Source: Balanoglossus misakiensis (Eukaryota > Animalia > Hemichordata). From it: 64,000 bases of DNA. Position 1 is the first letter of the stretch, and each line of letters begins with the position of its first letter. The stretch is taken from contig CM082591.2 in the NCBI GenBank assembly GCA_040954595.2, positions 12,008,457 through 12,072,456 of the forward strand. Direction: 5' to 3'. The notes under the pieces are model-generated. The model saw nothing but the letters and a program-made list of their open reading frames with translations. It was not told the DNA's origin and searched no databases. Shown here piece by piece: positions 12,601-27,600 of this stretch. Made by a program: the position numbers and the translations under genes.

Positions 12601-15600
12601 ATTACCTAACAATAAAATGTGGCTGTCGAACATTGGTCCCAACAATAACGACAAACACAATACGATAGAATTTTTACTCAATGACTTTCTGGCCTCATTT
12701 TCGCATCGTCTTGGAAGGGCAAATGAAAAAGGCATATCGATTATTGGTACTCCACTTATTAGACTTTCCACTGTTTGTCAACAGCACTGCCAAGGAACTC
12801 CTGCCAGCCATCATTGATTGTCTGGATAGTAGTGCCCAGAGTGTCGTCAATGTAGCTTTACAACATCTACGCTAAACAAATCTCTTTTTTTTTGGCCTAA
12901 CTTAATATATTTGTTTATTTCAGTGCTATGAGCAATACTCCGTTGTGTTTACTGTCAGAGATGTATCTGCAACAACCCGATTTAATTCAGAGTGTCAGAA
13001 AAAGTGACTTGCTGGTCAAGAATGCAAACAGTGTCAGTCAGAGTGTCTCACAGGTGAGAGATTTTTTCTTTTTTTTTACACACGGGTTAGACGTGGGCAT
13101 TGCAGAGAGGGCAGCACCAATTTCATAAATGTACGTAGCAGTAAATACAGACTGCCTTTGCTTCCTTCCATATTTCATGCACACCGTGTAAGTAGACTTT
13201 ACCTAATTTTGTCCCTTCTTTTCACCCAATTTACTGTCTTTTCCTGATCTCCAACACAGACTATGGTTGCCACCATCTTGTCTGTTGTTAGGACAGCACA
13301 CTGCCTTATTGTGTTGACTGTGTGCAGTTTTTGTAACCAGAGCCTCTAACCCTAACTATTATGCAGTTGTTACATATGATGCAAGTTGCCCATAAAATTT
13401 CCTAACAATAAAATGTGGCTGTCGAACATTGGACCCAACAATAACGACAAACACAATACGATAGAATTTTTACTCAATGACTTTCTGGCCTCATTTTCGC
13501 ATCGTCTTGGAAGGGCAAATGAAAAAGGCATATCGATTATTGGTACTCCACTTATTAGACTTTCCACTGTTTGTCAACAGCACTGCCAAGGAACTCCTGC
13601 CAGCCATCATTGATTGTCTGGATAGTAGTGCCCAGAGTGTCGTCAATGTAGCTTTACAACATCTACGCTAAACAAATCTCTTTTTTTTTTGGCCTAACTT
13701 AATATATTTGTTTATTTCAGTGCTATGAGCAATACTCCGTTGTGTTTACTGTCAGAGATGTATCTGCAACAACCCGATTTAATTCAGAGTGTCAGAAAAA
13801 GTGACTTGCTGGTCAAGAATGCAAACAGTGTCAGTCAGAGTGTCTCACAGGTGAGAGATTTTTTCTTTTTTTTACACACGGGTTAGACGTGGGCATTGCA
13901 GAGAGGGCAGCACCAATTTCATAAATGTACGTAGCAGTAAATACAGACTGCCTTTGCTTCCTTCCATATTTCATGCACACCGTGTAAGTAGACTTTACCT
14001 AATTTTGTCCCTTCTTTTCACCCAATTTACTGTCTTTTCCTGATCTCCAACACAGACTATGGTTGCCACCATCTTGTCTGTTGTTAGGACAGCACACTGC
14101 CTTATTGTGTTGACTGTGTGCAGTTTTTGTAACCAGAGCCTCTAACCCTATGCAGTTGTTACATATGATGCAAGTTGCCCATAAAATTACCTAACAATAA
14201 AATGTGGCTGTCGAACATTGGTCCCAACAATAACGACAAACACAATACGATAGAATTTTTACTCAATGACTTTCTGGCCTCATTTTCGCATCGTCTTGGA
14301 AGGGCAAATGAAAAAGGCATATCGATTATTGGTACTCCACTTATTAGACTTTCCACTGTTTGTCAACAGCACTGCCAAGGAACTCCTGCCAGCCATCATT
14401 GATTGTCTGGATAGTAGTGCCCAGAGTGTCGTCAATGTAGCTTTACAACATCTACGCTAAACAAATCTTTTTTTTTTGGCCTAACTTAATATATTTGTTT
14501 ATTTCAGTGCTATGAGCAATACTCCGTTGTGTTTACTGTCAGAGATGTATCTGCAACAACCCGATTTAATTCATAGTGTCAGAAAAAGTGACTTGCTGGT
14601 CAAGAATGCAAACAGTGTCAGTCAGAGTGTCTCACAGGTGAGAGATTTTTTCTTTTTTTTACACACGGGTTAGACGTGGGCATTGCAGAGAGGGCAGCAC
14701 CAATTTCATAAATGTACGTAGCAGTAAATACAGACTGCCTTTGCTTCCTTCCATATTTCATGCACACCGTGTAAGTAGACTTTACCTAATTTTGTCCCTT
14801 CTTTTCACCCAATTTACTGTCTTTTCCTGATCTCCAACACAGACTATGGTTGCCACCATCTTGTCTGTTGTTAGGACAGCACACTGCCTTATTGTGTTGA
14901 CTGTGTGCAGTTTTTGTAACCAGAGCCTCTAACCCTATGCAGTTGTTACATATGATGCAAGTTGCCCATAAAATTACCTAACAATAAAATGTGGCTGTCG
15001 AACATTGGTCCCAACAATAACGACAAACACAATACGATAGAATTTTTACTCAATGACTTTCTGGCCTCATTTTCGCATCGTCTTGGAAGGGCAAATGAAA
15101 AAGGCATATCGATTATTGGTACTCCACTTATTAGACTTTCCACTGTTTGTCAACAGCACTGCCAAGGAACTCCTGCCAGCCATCATTGATTGTCTGGATA
15201 GTAGTGCCCAGAGTGTCGTCAATGTAGCTTTACAACATCTACGCTAAACAAATCTTTTTTTTTTGGCCTAACTTAATATATTTGTTTATTTCAGTGCTAT
15301 GAGCAATACTCCGTTGTGTTTACTGTCAGAGATGTATCTGCAACAACCCGATTTAATTCATAGTGTCAGAAAAAGTGACTTGCTGGTCAAGAATGCAAAC
15401 AGTGTCAGTCAGAGTGTCTCACAGGTGAGAGATTTTTTCTTTTTTTTACACACGGGTTAGACGTGGGCATTGCAGAGAGGGCAGCACCAATTTCATAAAT
15501 GTACGTAGCAGTAAATACAGACTGCCTTTGCTTCCTTCCATATTTCATGCACACCGTGTAAGTAGACTTTACCTAATTTTGTCCCTTCTTTTCACCCAAT

Positions 15601-18600
15601 TTACTGTCTTTTCCTGATCTCCAACACAGACTATGGTTGCCACCATCTTGTCTGTTGTTAGGACAGCACACTGCCTTATTGTGTTGACTGTGTGCAGTTT
15701 TTGTAACCAGAGCCTCTAACCCTATGCAGTTGTTACATATGATGCAAGTTGCCCATAAAATTACCTAACAATAAAATGTGGCTGTCGAACATTGGTCCCA
15801 ACAATAACGACAAACACAATACGATAGAATTTTTACTCAATGACTTTCTGGCCTCATTTTCGCATCGTCTTGGAAGGGCAAATGAAAAAGGCATATCGAT
15901 TATTGGTACTCCACTTATTAGACTTTCCACTGTTTGTCAACAGCACTGCCAAGGAACTCCTGCCAGCCATCATTGATTGTCTGGATAGTAGTGCCCAGAG
16001 TGTCGTCAATGTAGCTTTACAACATCTACGCTAAACAAATCTCTTTTTTTTTTGGCCTAACTTAATATATTTGTTTATTTCAGTGCTATGAGCAATACTC
16101 CATTGTGTTTACTGTCAGAGATGTATCTGCAACAACCCGATTTAATTCAGAGTGTCAGAAAAAGTGACTTGCTGGTCAAGAATGCAAACAGTGTCAGTCA
16201 GAGTGTCTCACAGGTGAGAGATTTTTTCTTTTTTTTTACACACGGGTTAGACGTGGGCATTGCAGAGAGGGCAGCACCAATTTCATAAATGTATGTAGCA
16301 GTAAATACAGACTGCCTTTGCTTCCTTCCATATTTCATGCACACCGTGTAAGTAGACTTTACCTAATTTTGTCCCTTCTTTTCACCCAATTTACTGTCTT
16401 TTCCTGATCTCCAACACAGACTATGGTTGCCACCATCTTGTCTGTTGTTAGGACAGCACACTGCCTTATTGTGTTGACTGTGTGCAGTTTTTGTAACCAG
16501 AGCCTCTAACCCTATGCAGTTGTTACATATGATGCAAGTTGCCCATAAAATTACCTAACAATAAAATGTGGCTGTCGAACATTGGTCCCAACAATAACGA
16601 CAAACACAATACGATAGAATTTTTACTCAATGACTTTCTGGCCTCATTTTCGCATCGTCTTGGAAGGGCAAATGAAAAAGGCATATCGATTATTGGTACT
16701 CCACTTATTAGACTTTCCACTGTTTGTCAACAGCACTGCCAAGGAACTCCTGCCAGCCATCATTGATTGTCTGGATAGTAGTGCCCAGAGTGTCGTCAAT
16801 GTAGCTTTACAACATCTACGCTAAACAAATCTTTTTTTTTTGGCCTAACTTAATATATTTGTTTATTTCAGTGCTATGAGCAATACTCCGTTGTGTTTAC
16901 TGTCAGAGATGTATCTGCAACAACCCGATTTAATTCATAGTGTCAGAAAAAGTGACTTGCTGGTCAAGAATGCAAACTGTGTCAGTCAGAGTGTCTCACA
17001 GGTGAGAGATTTTTTCTTTTTTTTACACACGGGTTAGACGTGGGCATTGCAGAGAGGGCAGCACCAATTTCATAAATGTACGTAGCAGTAAATACAGACT
17101 GCCTTTGCTTCCTTCCATATTTCATGCACACCGTGTAAGTAGACTTTACCTAATTTTGTCCCTTCTTTTCACCCAATTTACTGTCTTTTCCTGATCTCCA
17201 ACACAGACTATGGTTGCCACCATCTTGTCTGTTGTTAGGACAGCACACTGCCTTATTGTGTTGACTGTGTGCAGTTTTTGTAACCAGAGCCTCTAACCCT
17301 ATGCAGTTGTTACATATGATGCAAGTTGCCCATAAAATTACCTAACAATAAAATGTGGCTGTCGAACATTGGTCCCAACAATAACGACAAACACAATACG
17401 ATAGAATTTTTACTCAATGACTTTCTGGCCTCATTTTCGCATCGTCTTGGAAGGGCAAATGAAAAAGGCATATCGATTATTGGTACTCCACTTATTAGAC
17501 TTTCCACTGTTTGTCAACAGCACTGCCAAGGAACTCCTGCCAGCCATCATTGATTGTCTGGATAGTAGTGCCCAGAGTGTCGTCAATGTAGCTTTACAAC
17601 ATCTACGCTAAACAAATCTCTTTTTTTTTTGGCCTAACTTAATATATTTGTTTATTTCAGTGCTATGAGCAATACTCCATTGTGTTTACTGTCAGAGATG
17701 TATCTGCAACAACCCGATTTAATTCAGAGTGTCAGAAAAAGTGACTTGCTGGTCAAGAATGCAAACAGTGTCAGTCAGAGTGTCTCACAGGTGAGAGATT
17801 TTTTCTTTTTTTTTACACACGGGTTAGACGTGGGCATTGCAGAGAGGGCAGCACCAATTTCATAAATGTACGTAGCAGTAAATACAGACTGCCTTTGCTT
17901 CCTTCCATATTTCATGCACACCGTGTAAGTAGACTTTACCTAATTTTGTCCCTTCTTTTCACCCAATTTACTGTCTTTTCCTGATCTCCAACACAGACTA
18001 TGGTTGCCACCATCTTGTCTGTTGTTAGGACAGCACACTGCCTTATTGTGTTGACTGTGTGCAGTTTTTGTAACCAGAGCCTCTAACCCAAACTATTATG
18101 CAGTTGTTACATATGATGCAAGTTGCCCATAAAATTACCTAACAATAAAATGTGGCTGTCGAACATTGGTCCCAACAATAACGACAAACACAATACGATA
18201 GAATTTTTACTCAATGACTTTCTGGCCTCATTTTCGCATCGTCTTGGAAGGGCAAATGAAAAAGGCATATCGATTATTGGTACTCCACTTATTAGACTTT
18301 CCACTGTTTGTCAACAGCACTGCCAAGGAACTCCTGCCAGCCATCATTGATTGTCTGGATAGTAGTGCCCAGAGTGTCGTCAATGTAGCTTTACAACATC
18401 TACGCTAAACAAATCTCTTTTTTTTTGGCCTAACTTAATATATTTGTTTATTTCAGTGCTATGAGCAATACTCCGTTGTGTTTACTGTCAGAGATGTATC
18501 TGCAACAACCCGATTTAATTCAGAGTGTCAGAAAAAGTGACTTGCTGGTCAAGAATGCAAACAGTGTCAGTCAGAGTGTCTCACAGGTGAGAGATTTTTT

Positions 18601-21600
18601 CTTTTTTTTTACACACGGGTTAGACGTGGGCATTGCAGAGAGGGCAGCACCAATTTCATAAATGTACGTAGCAGTAAATACAGACTGCCTTTGCTTCCTT
18701 CCATATTTCATGCACACCGTGTAAGTAGACTTTACCTAATTTTGTCCCTTCTTTTCACCCAATTTACTGTCTTTTCCTGATCTCCAACACAGACTATGGT
18801 TGCCACCATCTTGTCTGTTGTTAGGACAGCACACTGCCTTATTGTGTTGACTGTGTGCAGTTTTTGTAACCAGAGCCTCTAACCCAAACTATTATGCAGT
18901 TGTTACATATGATGCAAGTTGCCCATAAAATTACCTAACAATAAAATGTGGCTGTCGAACATTGGTCCCAACAATAACGACAAACACAATACGATAGAAT
19001 TTTTACTCAATGACTTTCTGGCCTCATTTTCGCATCGTCTTGGAAGGGCAAATGAAAAAGGCATATCGATTATTGGTACTCCACTTATTAGACTTTCCAC
19101 TGTTTGTCAACAGCACTGCCAAGGAACTCCTGCCAGCCATCATTGATTGTCTGGATAGTAGTGCCCAGAGTGTCGTCAATGTAGCTTTACAACATCTACG
19201 CTAAACAAATCTCTTTTTTTTTGGCCTAACTTAATATATTTGTTTATTTCAGTGCTATGAGCAATACTCCGTTGTGTTTACTGTCAGAGATGTATCTGCA
19301 ACAACCCGATTTAATTCAGAGTGTCAGAAAAAGTGACTTGCTGGTCAAGAATGCAAACAGTGTCAGTCAGAGTGTCTCACAGGTGAGAGATTTTTTCTTT
19401 TTTTTTACACACGGGTTAGACGTGGGCATTGCAGAGAGGGCAGCACCAATTTCATAAATGTACGTAGCAGTAAATACAGACTGCCTTTGCTTCCTTCCAT
19501 ATTTCATGCAAACCGTGTAAGTAGACTTTACCTAATTTTGTCCCTTCTTTTCACCCAATTTACTGTCTTTTCCTGATCTCCAACACAGACTATGGTTGCC
19601 ACCATCTTGTCTGTTGTTAGGACAGCACACTGCCTTATTGTGTTGACTGTGTGCAGTTTTTGTAACCAGAGCCTCTAACCCTAACTATTATGCAGTTGTT
19701 ACATATGATGCAAGTTGCCCATAAAATTTCCTAACAATAAAATGTGGCTGTCGAACATTGGACCCAACAATAACGACAAACACAATACGATAGAATTTTT
19801 ACTCAATGACTTTCTGGCCTCATTTTCGCATCGTCTTGGAAGGGCAAATGAAAAAGGCATATCGATTATTGGTACTCCACTTATTAGACTTTCCACTGTT
19901 TGTCAACAGCACTGCCAAGGAACTCCTGCCAGCCATCATTGATTGTCTGGATAGTAGTGCCCAGAGTGTCGTCAATGTAGCTTTACAACATCTACGCTAA
20001 ACAAATCTCTTTTTTTTTTGGCCTAACTTAATATATTTGTTTATTTCAGTGCTATGAGCAATACTCCGTTGTGTTTACTGTCAGAGATGTATCTGCAACA
20101 ACCCGATTTAATTCAGAGTGTCAGAAAAAGTGACTTGCTGGTCAAGAATGCAAACAGTGTCAGTCAGAGTGTCTCACAGGTGAGAGATTTTTTCTTTTTT
20201 TTACACACGGGTTAGACGTGGGCATTGCAGAGAGGGCAGCACCAATTTCATAAATGTACGTAGCAGTAAATACAGACTGCCTTTGCTTCCTTCCATATTT
20301 CATGCACACCGTGTAAGTAGACTTTACCTAATTTTGTCCCTTCTTTTCACCCAATTTACTGTCTTTTCCTGATCTCCAACACAGACTATGGTTGCCACCA
20401 TCTTGTCTGTTGTTAGGACAGCACACTGCCTTATTGTGTTGACTGTGTGCAGTTTTTGTAACCAGAGCCTCTAACCCTATGCAGTTGTTACATATGATGC
20501 AAGTTGCCCATAAAATTACCTAACAATAAAATGTGGCTGTCGAACATTGGTCCCAACAATAACGACAAACACAATACGATAGAATTTTTACTCAATGACT
20601 TTCTGGCCTCATTTTCGCATCGTCTTGGAAGGGCAAATGAAAAAGGCATATCGATTATTGGTACTCCACTTATTAGACTTTCCACTGTTTGTCAACAGCA
20701 CTGCCAAGGAACTCCTGCCAGCCATCATTGATTGTCTGGATAGTAGTGCCCAGAGTGTCGTCAATGTAGCTTTACAACATCTACGCTAAACAAATCTCTT
20801 TTTTTTTTGGCCTAACTTAATATATTTGTTTATTTCAGTGCTATGAGCAATACTCCATTGTGTTTACTGTCAGAGATGTATCTGCAACAACCCGATTTAA
20901 TTCAGAGTGTCAGAAAAAGTGACTTGCTGGTCAAGAATGCAAACAGTGTCAGTCAGAGTGTCTCACAGGTGAGAGATTTTTTCTTTTTTTTTACACACGG
21001 GTTAGACGTGGGCATTGCAGAGAGGGCAGCACCAATTTCATAAATGTACGTAGCAGTAAATACAGACTGCCTTTGCTTCCTTCCATATTTCATGCACACC
21101 GTGTAAGTAGACTTTACCTAATTTTGTCCCTTCTTTTCACCCAATTTACTGTCTTTTCCTGATCTCCAACACAGACTATGGTTGCCACCATCTTGTCTGT
21201 TGTTAGGACAGCACACTGCCTTATTGTGTTGACTGTGTGCAGTTTTTGTAACCAGAGCCTCTAACCCAAACTATTATGCAGTTGTTACATATGATGCAAG
21301 TTGCCCATAAAATTACCTAACAATAAAATGTGGCTGTCGAACATTGGTCCCAACAATAACGACAAACACAATACGATAGAATTTTTACTCAATGACTTTC
21401 TGGCCTCATTTTCGCATCGTCTTGGAAGGGCAAATGAAAAAGGCATATCGATTATTGGTACTCCACTTATTAGACTTTCCACTGTTTGTCAACAGCACTG
21501 CCAAGGAACTCCTGCCAGCCATCATTGATTGTCTGGATAGTAGTGCCCAGAGTGTCGTCAATGTAGCTTTACAACATCTACGCTAAACAAATCTCTTTTT

Positions 21601-24600
21601 TTTTGGCCTAACTTAATATATTTGTTTATTTCAGTGCTATGAGCAATACTCCGTTGTGTTTACTGTCAGAGATGTATCTGCAACAACCCGATTTAATTCA
21701 GAGTGTCAGAAAAAGTGACTTGCTGGTCAAGAATGCAAACAGTGTCAGTCAGAGTGTCTCACAGGTGAGAGATTTTTTCTTTTTTTTTACACACGGGTTA
21801 GACGTGGGCATTGCAGAGAGGGCAGCACCAATTTCATAAATGTACGTAGCAGTAAATACAGACTGCCTTTGCTTCCTTCCATATTTCATGCACACCGTGT
21901 AAGTAGACTTTACCTAATTTTGTCCCTTCTTTTCACCCAATTTACTGTCTTTTCCTGATCTCCAACACAGACTATGGTTGCCACCATCTTGTCTGTAGTT
22001 AGGACAGCACACTGCCTTATTGTGTTGACTGTGTGCAGTTTTTGTAACCAGAGCCTCTAACCCAAACTATTATGCAGTTGTTACATATGATGCAAGTTGC
22101 CCATAAAATTACCTAACAATAAAATGTGGCTGTCGAACATTGGTCCCAACAATAACGACAAACACAATACGATAGAATTTTTACTCAATGACTTTCTGGC
22201 CTCATTTTCGCATCGTCTTGGAAGGGCAAATGAAAAAGGCATATCGATTATTGGTACTCCACTTATTAGACTTTCCACTGTTTGTCAACAGCACTGCCAA
22301 GGAACTCCTGCCAGCCATCATTGATTGTCTGGATAGTAGTGCCCAGAGTGTCGTCAATGTAGCTTTACAACATCTACGCTAAACAAATCTCTTTTTTTTT
22401 GGCCTAACTTAATATATTTGTTTATTTCAGTGCTATGAGCAATACTCCGTTGTGTTTACTGTCAGAGATGTATCTGCAACAACCCGATTTAATTCAGAGT
22501 GTCAGAAAAAGTGACTTGCTGGTCAAGAATGCAAACAGTGTCAGTCAGAGTGTCTCACAGGTGAGAGATTTTTTCTTTTTTTTACACACGGGTTAGACGT
22601 GGGCATTGCAGAGAGGGCAGCACCAATTTCATAAATGTACGTAGCAGTAAATACAGACTGCCTTTGCTTCCTTCCATATTTCATGCACACCGTGTAAGTA
22701 GACTTTACCTAATTTTGTCCCTTCTTTTCACCCAATTTACTGTCTTTTCCTGATCTCCAACACAGACTATGGTTGCCACCATCTTGTCTGTTGTTAGGAC
22801 AACACACTGCCTTATTGTGTTGACTGTGTGCAGTTTTTGTAACCAGAGCCTCTAACCCAAACTATTATGCAGTTGTTACATATGATGCAAGTTGCCCATA
22901 AAATTACCTAACAATAAAATGTGGCTGTCGAACATTGGTCCCAACAATAACGACAAACACAATACGATAGAATTTTTACTCAATGACTTTCTGGCCTCAT
23001 TTTCGCATCGTCTTGGAAGGGCAAATGAAAAAGGCATATCGATTATTGGTACTCCACTTATTAGACTTTCCACTGTTTGTCAACAGCACTGCCAAGGAAC
23101 TCCTGCCAGCCATCATTGATTGTTTGGATAGTAGTGCCCAGAGTGTCGTCAATGTAGCTTTACAACATCTACGCTAAAAAAATCTCTTTTTTTTGGCCTA
23201 ACTTAATATATTTGTTTATTTCAGTGCTATGAGCAATACTCCGTTGCGTTTACTGTCAGAGATGTATCTGCAACAACCCGATTTAATTCAGTGTCAGAAA
23301 AAGTGACTTGCTGGTCAAGAATGCAAACAGTGTCAGTCAGAGTGTCTCACAGGTGAGAGATTTTTTTCTTTTTTTTTACACACGGGTTAGACGTGGGCAT
23401 TGCAGAGAGGGCAGCACCAATTTCATAAATGTACGTAGCAGTAAATACAGACTGCCTTTGCTTCCTTCCATATTTCATGCACACCGTGTAAGTAGACTTT
23501 ACCTAATTTTGTCCCTTCTTTTCACCCAATTTACTGTCTTTTCCTGATCTCCAACACAGACTATGGTTGCCACCATCTTGTCTGTTGTTAGGACAGCACA
23601 CTGCCTTATTGTGTTGACTGTGTGCAGTTTTTGTAACCAGAGCCTCTAACCCTAACCCTAACTATTATGCAGTTGTTACATATGATGCAAGTTGCCCATA
23701 AAATTACCTAACAATAAAATGTGGCTGTCGAACATTGGTCCCAACAATAACGACAAACACAATACGATAGAATTTTTACTCAATGACTTTCTGGCCTCAT
23801 TTTCGCATCGTCTTGGAAGGGCAAATGAAAAAGGCATATCGATTATTGGTACTCCACTTATTAGACTTTCCACTGTTTGTCAACAGCACTGCCAAGGAAC
23901 TCCTGCCAGCCATCATTGATTGTCTGGATAGTAGTGCCCAGAGTGTCGTCAATGTAGCTTTACAACATCTACGCTAAACAAATCTCTTTTTTTTTGGCCT
24001 AACTTAATATATTTGTTTATTTCAGTGCTATGAGCAATACTCCGTTGTGTTTACTGTCAGAGATGTATCTGCAACAACCCGATTTAATTCAGAGTGTCAG
24101 AAAAAGTGACTTGCTGGTCAAGAATGCAAACAGTGTCAGTCAGAGTGTCTCACAGGTGAGAGATTTTTTCTTTTTTTTACACACGGGTTAGACGTGGGCA
24201 TTGCAGAGAGGGCAGCACCAATTTCATAAATGTACGTAGCAGTAAATACAGACTGCCTTTGCTTCCTTCCATATTTCATGCACACCGTGTAAGTAGACTT
24301 TACCTAATTTTGTCCCTTCTTTTCACCCAATTTACTGTCTTTTCCTGATCTCCAACACAGACTATGGTTGCCACCATCTTGTCTGTTGTTAGGACAACAC
24401 ACTGCCTTATTGTGTTGACTGTGTGCAGTTTTTGTAACCAGAGCCTCTAACCCAAACTATTATGCAGTTGTTACATATGATGCAAGTTGCCCATAAAATT
24501 ACCTAACAATAAAATGTGGCTGTCGAACATTGGTCCCAACAATAACGACAAACACAATACGATAGAATTTTTACTCAATGACTTTCTGGCCTCATTTTCG

Positions 24601-27600
24601 CATCGTCTTGGAAGGGCAAATGAAAAAGGCATATCGATTATTGGTACTCCACTTATTAGACTTTCCACTGTTTGTCAACAGCACTGCCAAGGAACTCCTG
24701 CCAGCCATCATTGATTGTTTGGATAGTAGTGCCCAGAGTGTCGTCAATGTAGCTTTACAACATCTACGCTAAAAAAATCTCTTTTTTTTGGCCTAACTTA
24801 ATATATTTGTTTATTTCAGTGCTATGAGCAATACTCCGTTGCGTTTACTGTCAGAGATGTATCTGCAACAACCCGATTTAATTCAGTGTCAGAAAAAGTG
24901 ACTTGCTGGTCAAGAATGCAAACAGTGTCAGTCAGAGTGTCTCACAGGTGAGAGATTTTTTTCTTTTTTTTTACACACGGGTTAGACGTGGGCATTGCAG
25001 AGAGGGCAGCACCAATTTCATAAATGTACGTAGCAGTAAATACAGACTGCCTTTGCTTCCTTCCATATTTCATGCACACCGTGTAAGTAGACTTTACCTA
25101 ATTTTGTCCCTTCTTTTCACCCAATTTACTGTCTTTTCCTGATCTCCAACACAGACTATGGTTGCCACCATCTTGTCTGTTGTTAGGACAGCACACTGCC
25201 TTATTGTGTTGACTGTGTGCAGTTTTTGTAACCAGAGCCTCTAACCCTAACCCTAACTATTATGCAGTTGTTACATATGATGCAAGTTGCCCATAAAATT
25301 ACCTAACAATAAAATGTGGCTGTCGAACATTGGACCCAACAATAACGACAAACACAATACGATAGAATTTTTACTCAATGACTTTCTGGCCTCATTTTCG
25401 CATCGTCTTGGAAGGGCAAATGAAAAAGGCATATCGATTATTGGTACTCCACTTATTAGACTTTCCACTGTTTGTCAACAGCACTGCCAAGGAACTCCTG
25501 CCAGCCATCATTGATTGTCTGGATAGTAGTGCCCAGAGTGTCGTCAATGTAGCTTTACAACATCTACGCTAAACAAATCTCTTTTTTTTTTTGGCCTAAC
25601 TTAATATATTTGTTTATTTCAGTGCTATGAGCAATACTCCGTTGTGTTTACTGTCAGAGATGTATCTGCAACAACCCTATTTAATTCAGAGTGTCAGAAA
25701 AAGTGACTTGCTGGTCAAGAATGCAAACAGTGTCAGTCAGAGTGTCTCACAGGTGAGAGATTTTTTCTTTTTTTTTACACACGGGTTAGACGTGGGCATT
25801 GCAGAGAGGGCAGCACCAATTTCATAAATGTACGTAGCAGTAAATACAGACTGCCTTTGCTTCCTTCCATATTTCATGCACACCGTGTAAGTAGACTTTA
25901 CCTAATTTTGTCCCTTCTTTTCACCCAATTTACTGTCTTTTCCGATCTCCAACACAGATTTTGGTTGCCACCATCTTGTCTGTTGTTAGGACAACACACT
26001 GCCTTATTGTGTTGACTGTGTGCAGTTTTTGTAACCAGAGCCTCTAACCCAAACTATTATGCAGTTGTTACATATGATGCAAGTTGCCCATAAAATTACC
26101 TAACAATAAAATGTGGCTGTCGAACATTGGTCCCAACAATAACGACAAACACAATACGATAGAATTTTTACTCAATGACTTTCTGGCCTCATTTTCGCAT
26201 CGTCTTGGAAGGGCAAATGAAAAAGGCATATCGATTATTGGTACTCCACTTATTAGACTTTCCACTGTTTGTCAACAGCACTGCCAAGGAACTCCTGCCA
26301 GCCATCATTGATTGTCTGGATAGTAGTGCCCAGAGTGTCGTCAATGTAGCTTTACAACATCTACGCTAAACAAATCTCTTTTTTTTTTTGGCCTAACTTA
26401 ATATATTTGTTTATTTCAGTGCTATGAGCAATACTCCGTTGCGTTTACTGTCAGAGATGTATCTGCAACAACCCGATTTAATTCATAGTGTCAGAAAAAG
26501 TGACTTGCTGGTCAAGAATGCAAACAGTGTCAGTCAGAGTGTCTCACAGGTGAGAGATTTTTTCTTTTTTTTACACACGGGTTAGACGTGGGCATTGCAG
26601 AGAGGGCAGCACCAATTTCATAAATGTACGTAGCAGTAAATACAGACTGCCTTTGCTTCCTTCCATATTTCATGCACACCGTGTAAGTAGACTTTACCTA
26701 ATTTTGTCCCTTCTTTTCACCCAATTTACTGTCTTTTCCTGATCTCCAACACAGACTATGGTTGCCACCATCTTGTCTGTTGTTAGGACAACACACTGCC
26801 TTATTGTGTTGACTGTGTGCAGTTTTTGTAACCAGAGCCTCTAACCCAAACTATTATGCAGTTGTTACATATGATGCAAGTTGCCCATAAAATTACCTAA
26901 CAATAAAATGTGGCTGTCGAACATTGGTCCCAACAATAACGACAAACACAATACGATAGAATTTTTACTCAATGACTTTCTGGCCTCATTTTCGCATCGT
27001 CTTGGAAGGGCAAATGAAAAAGGCATATCGATTATTGGTACTCCACTTATTAGACTTTCCACTGTTTGTCAACAGCACTGCCAAGGAACTCCTGCCAGCC
27101 ATCATTGATTGTCTGGATAGTAGTGCCCAGAGTGTCGTCAATGTAGCTTTACAACATCTACGCTAAACAAATCTCTTTTTTTTTTGGCCTAACTTAATAT
27201 ATTTGTTTATTTCAGTGCTATGAGCAATACTCCGTTGCGTTTACTGTCAGAGATGTATCTGCAACAACCCGATTTAATTCAGTGTCAGAAAAAGTGACTT
27301 GCTGGTCAAGAATGCAAACAGTGTCAGTCAGAGTGTCTCACAGGTGAGAGATTTTTTTCTTTTTTTTTACACACGGGTTAGACGTGGGCATTGCAGAGAG
27401 GGCAGCACCAATTTCATAAATGTACGTAGTAGTAAATACAGACTGCCTTTGCTTCCTTCCATATTTCATGCACACCGTGTAAGTAGACTTTACCTAATTT
27501 TGTCCCTTCTTTTCACCCAATTTACTGTCTTTTCCTGATCTCCAACACAGACTATGGTTGCCACCATCTTGTCTGTTGTTAGGACAGCACACTGCCTTAT

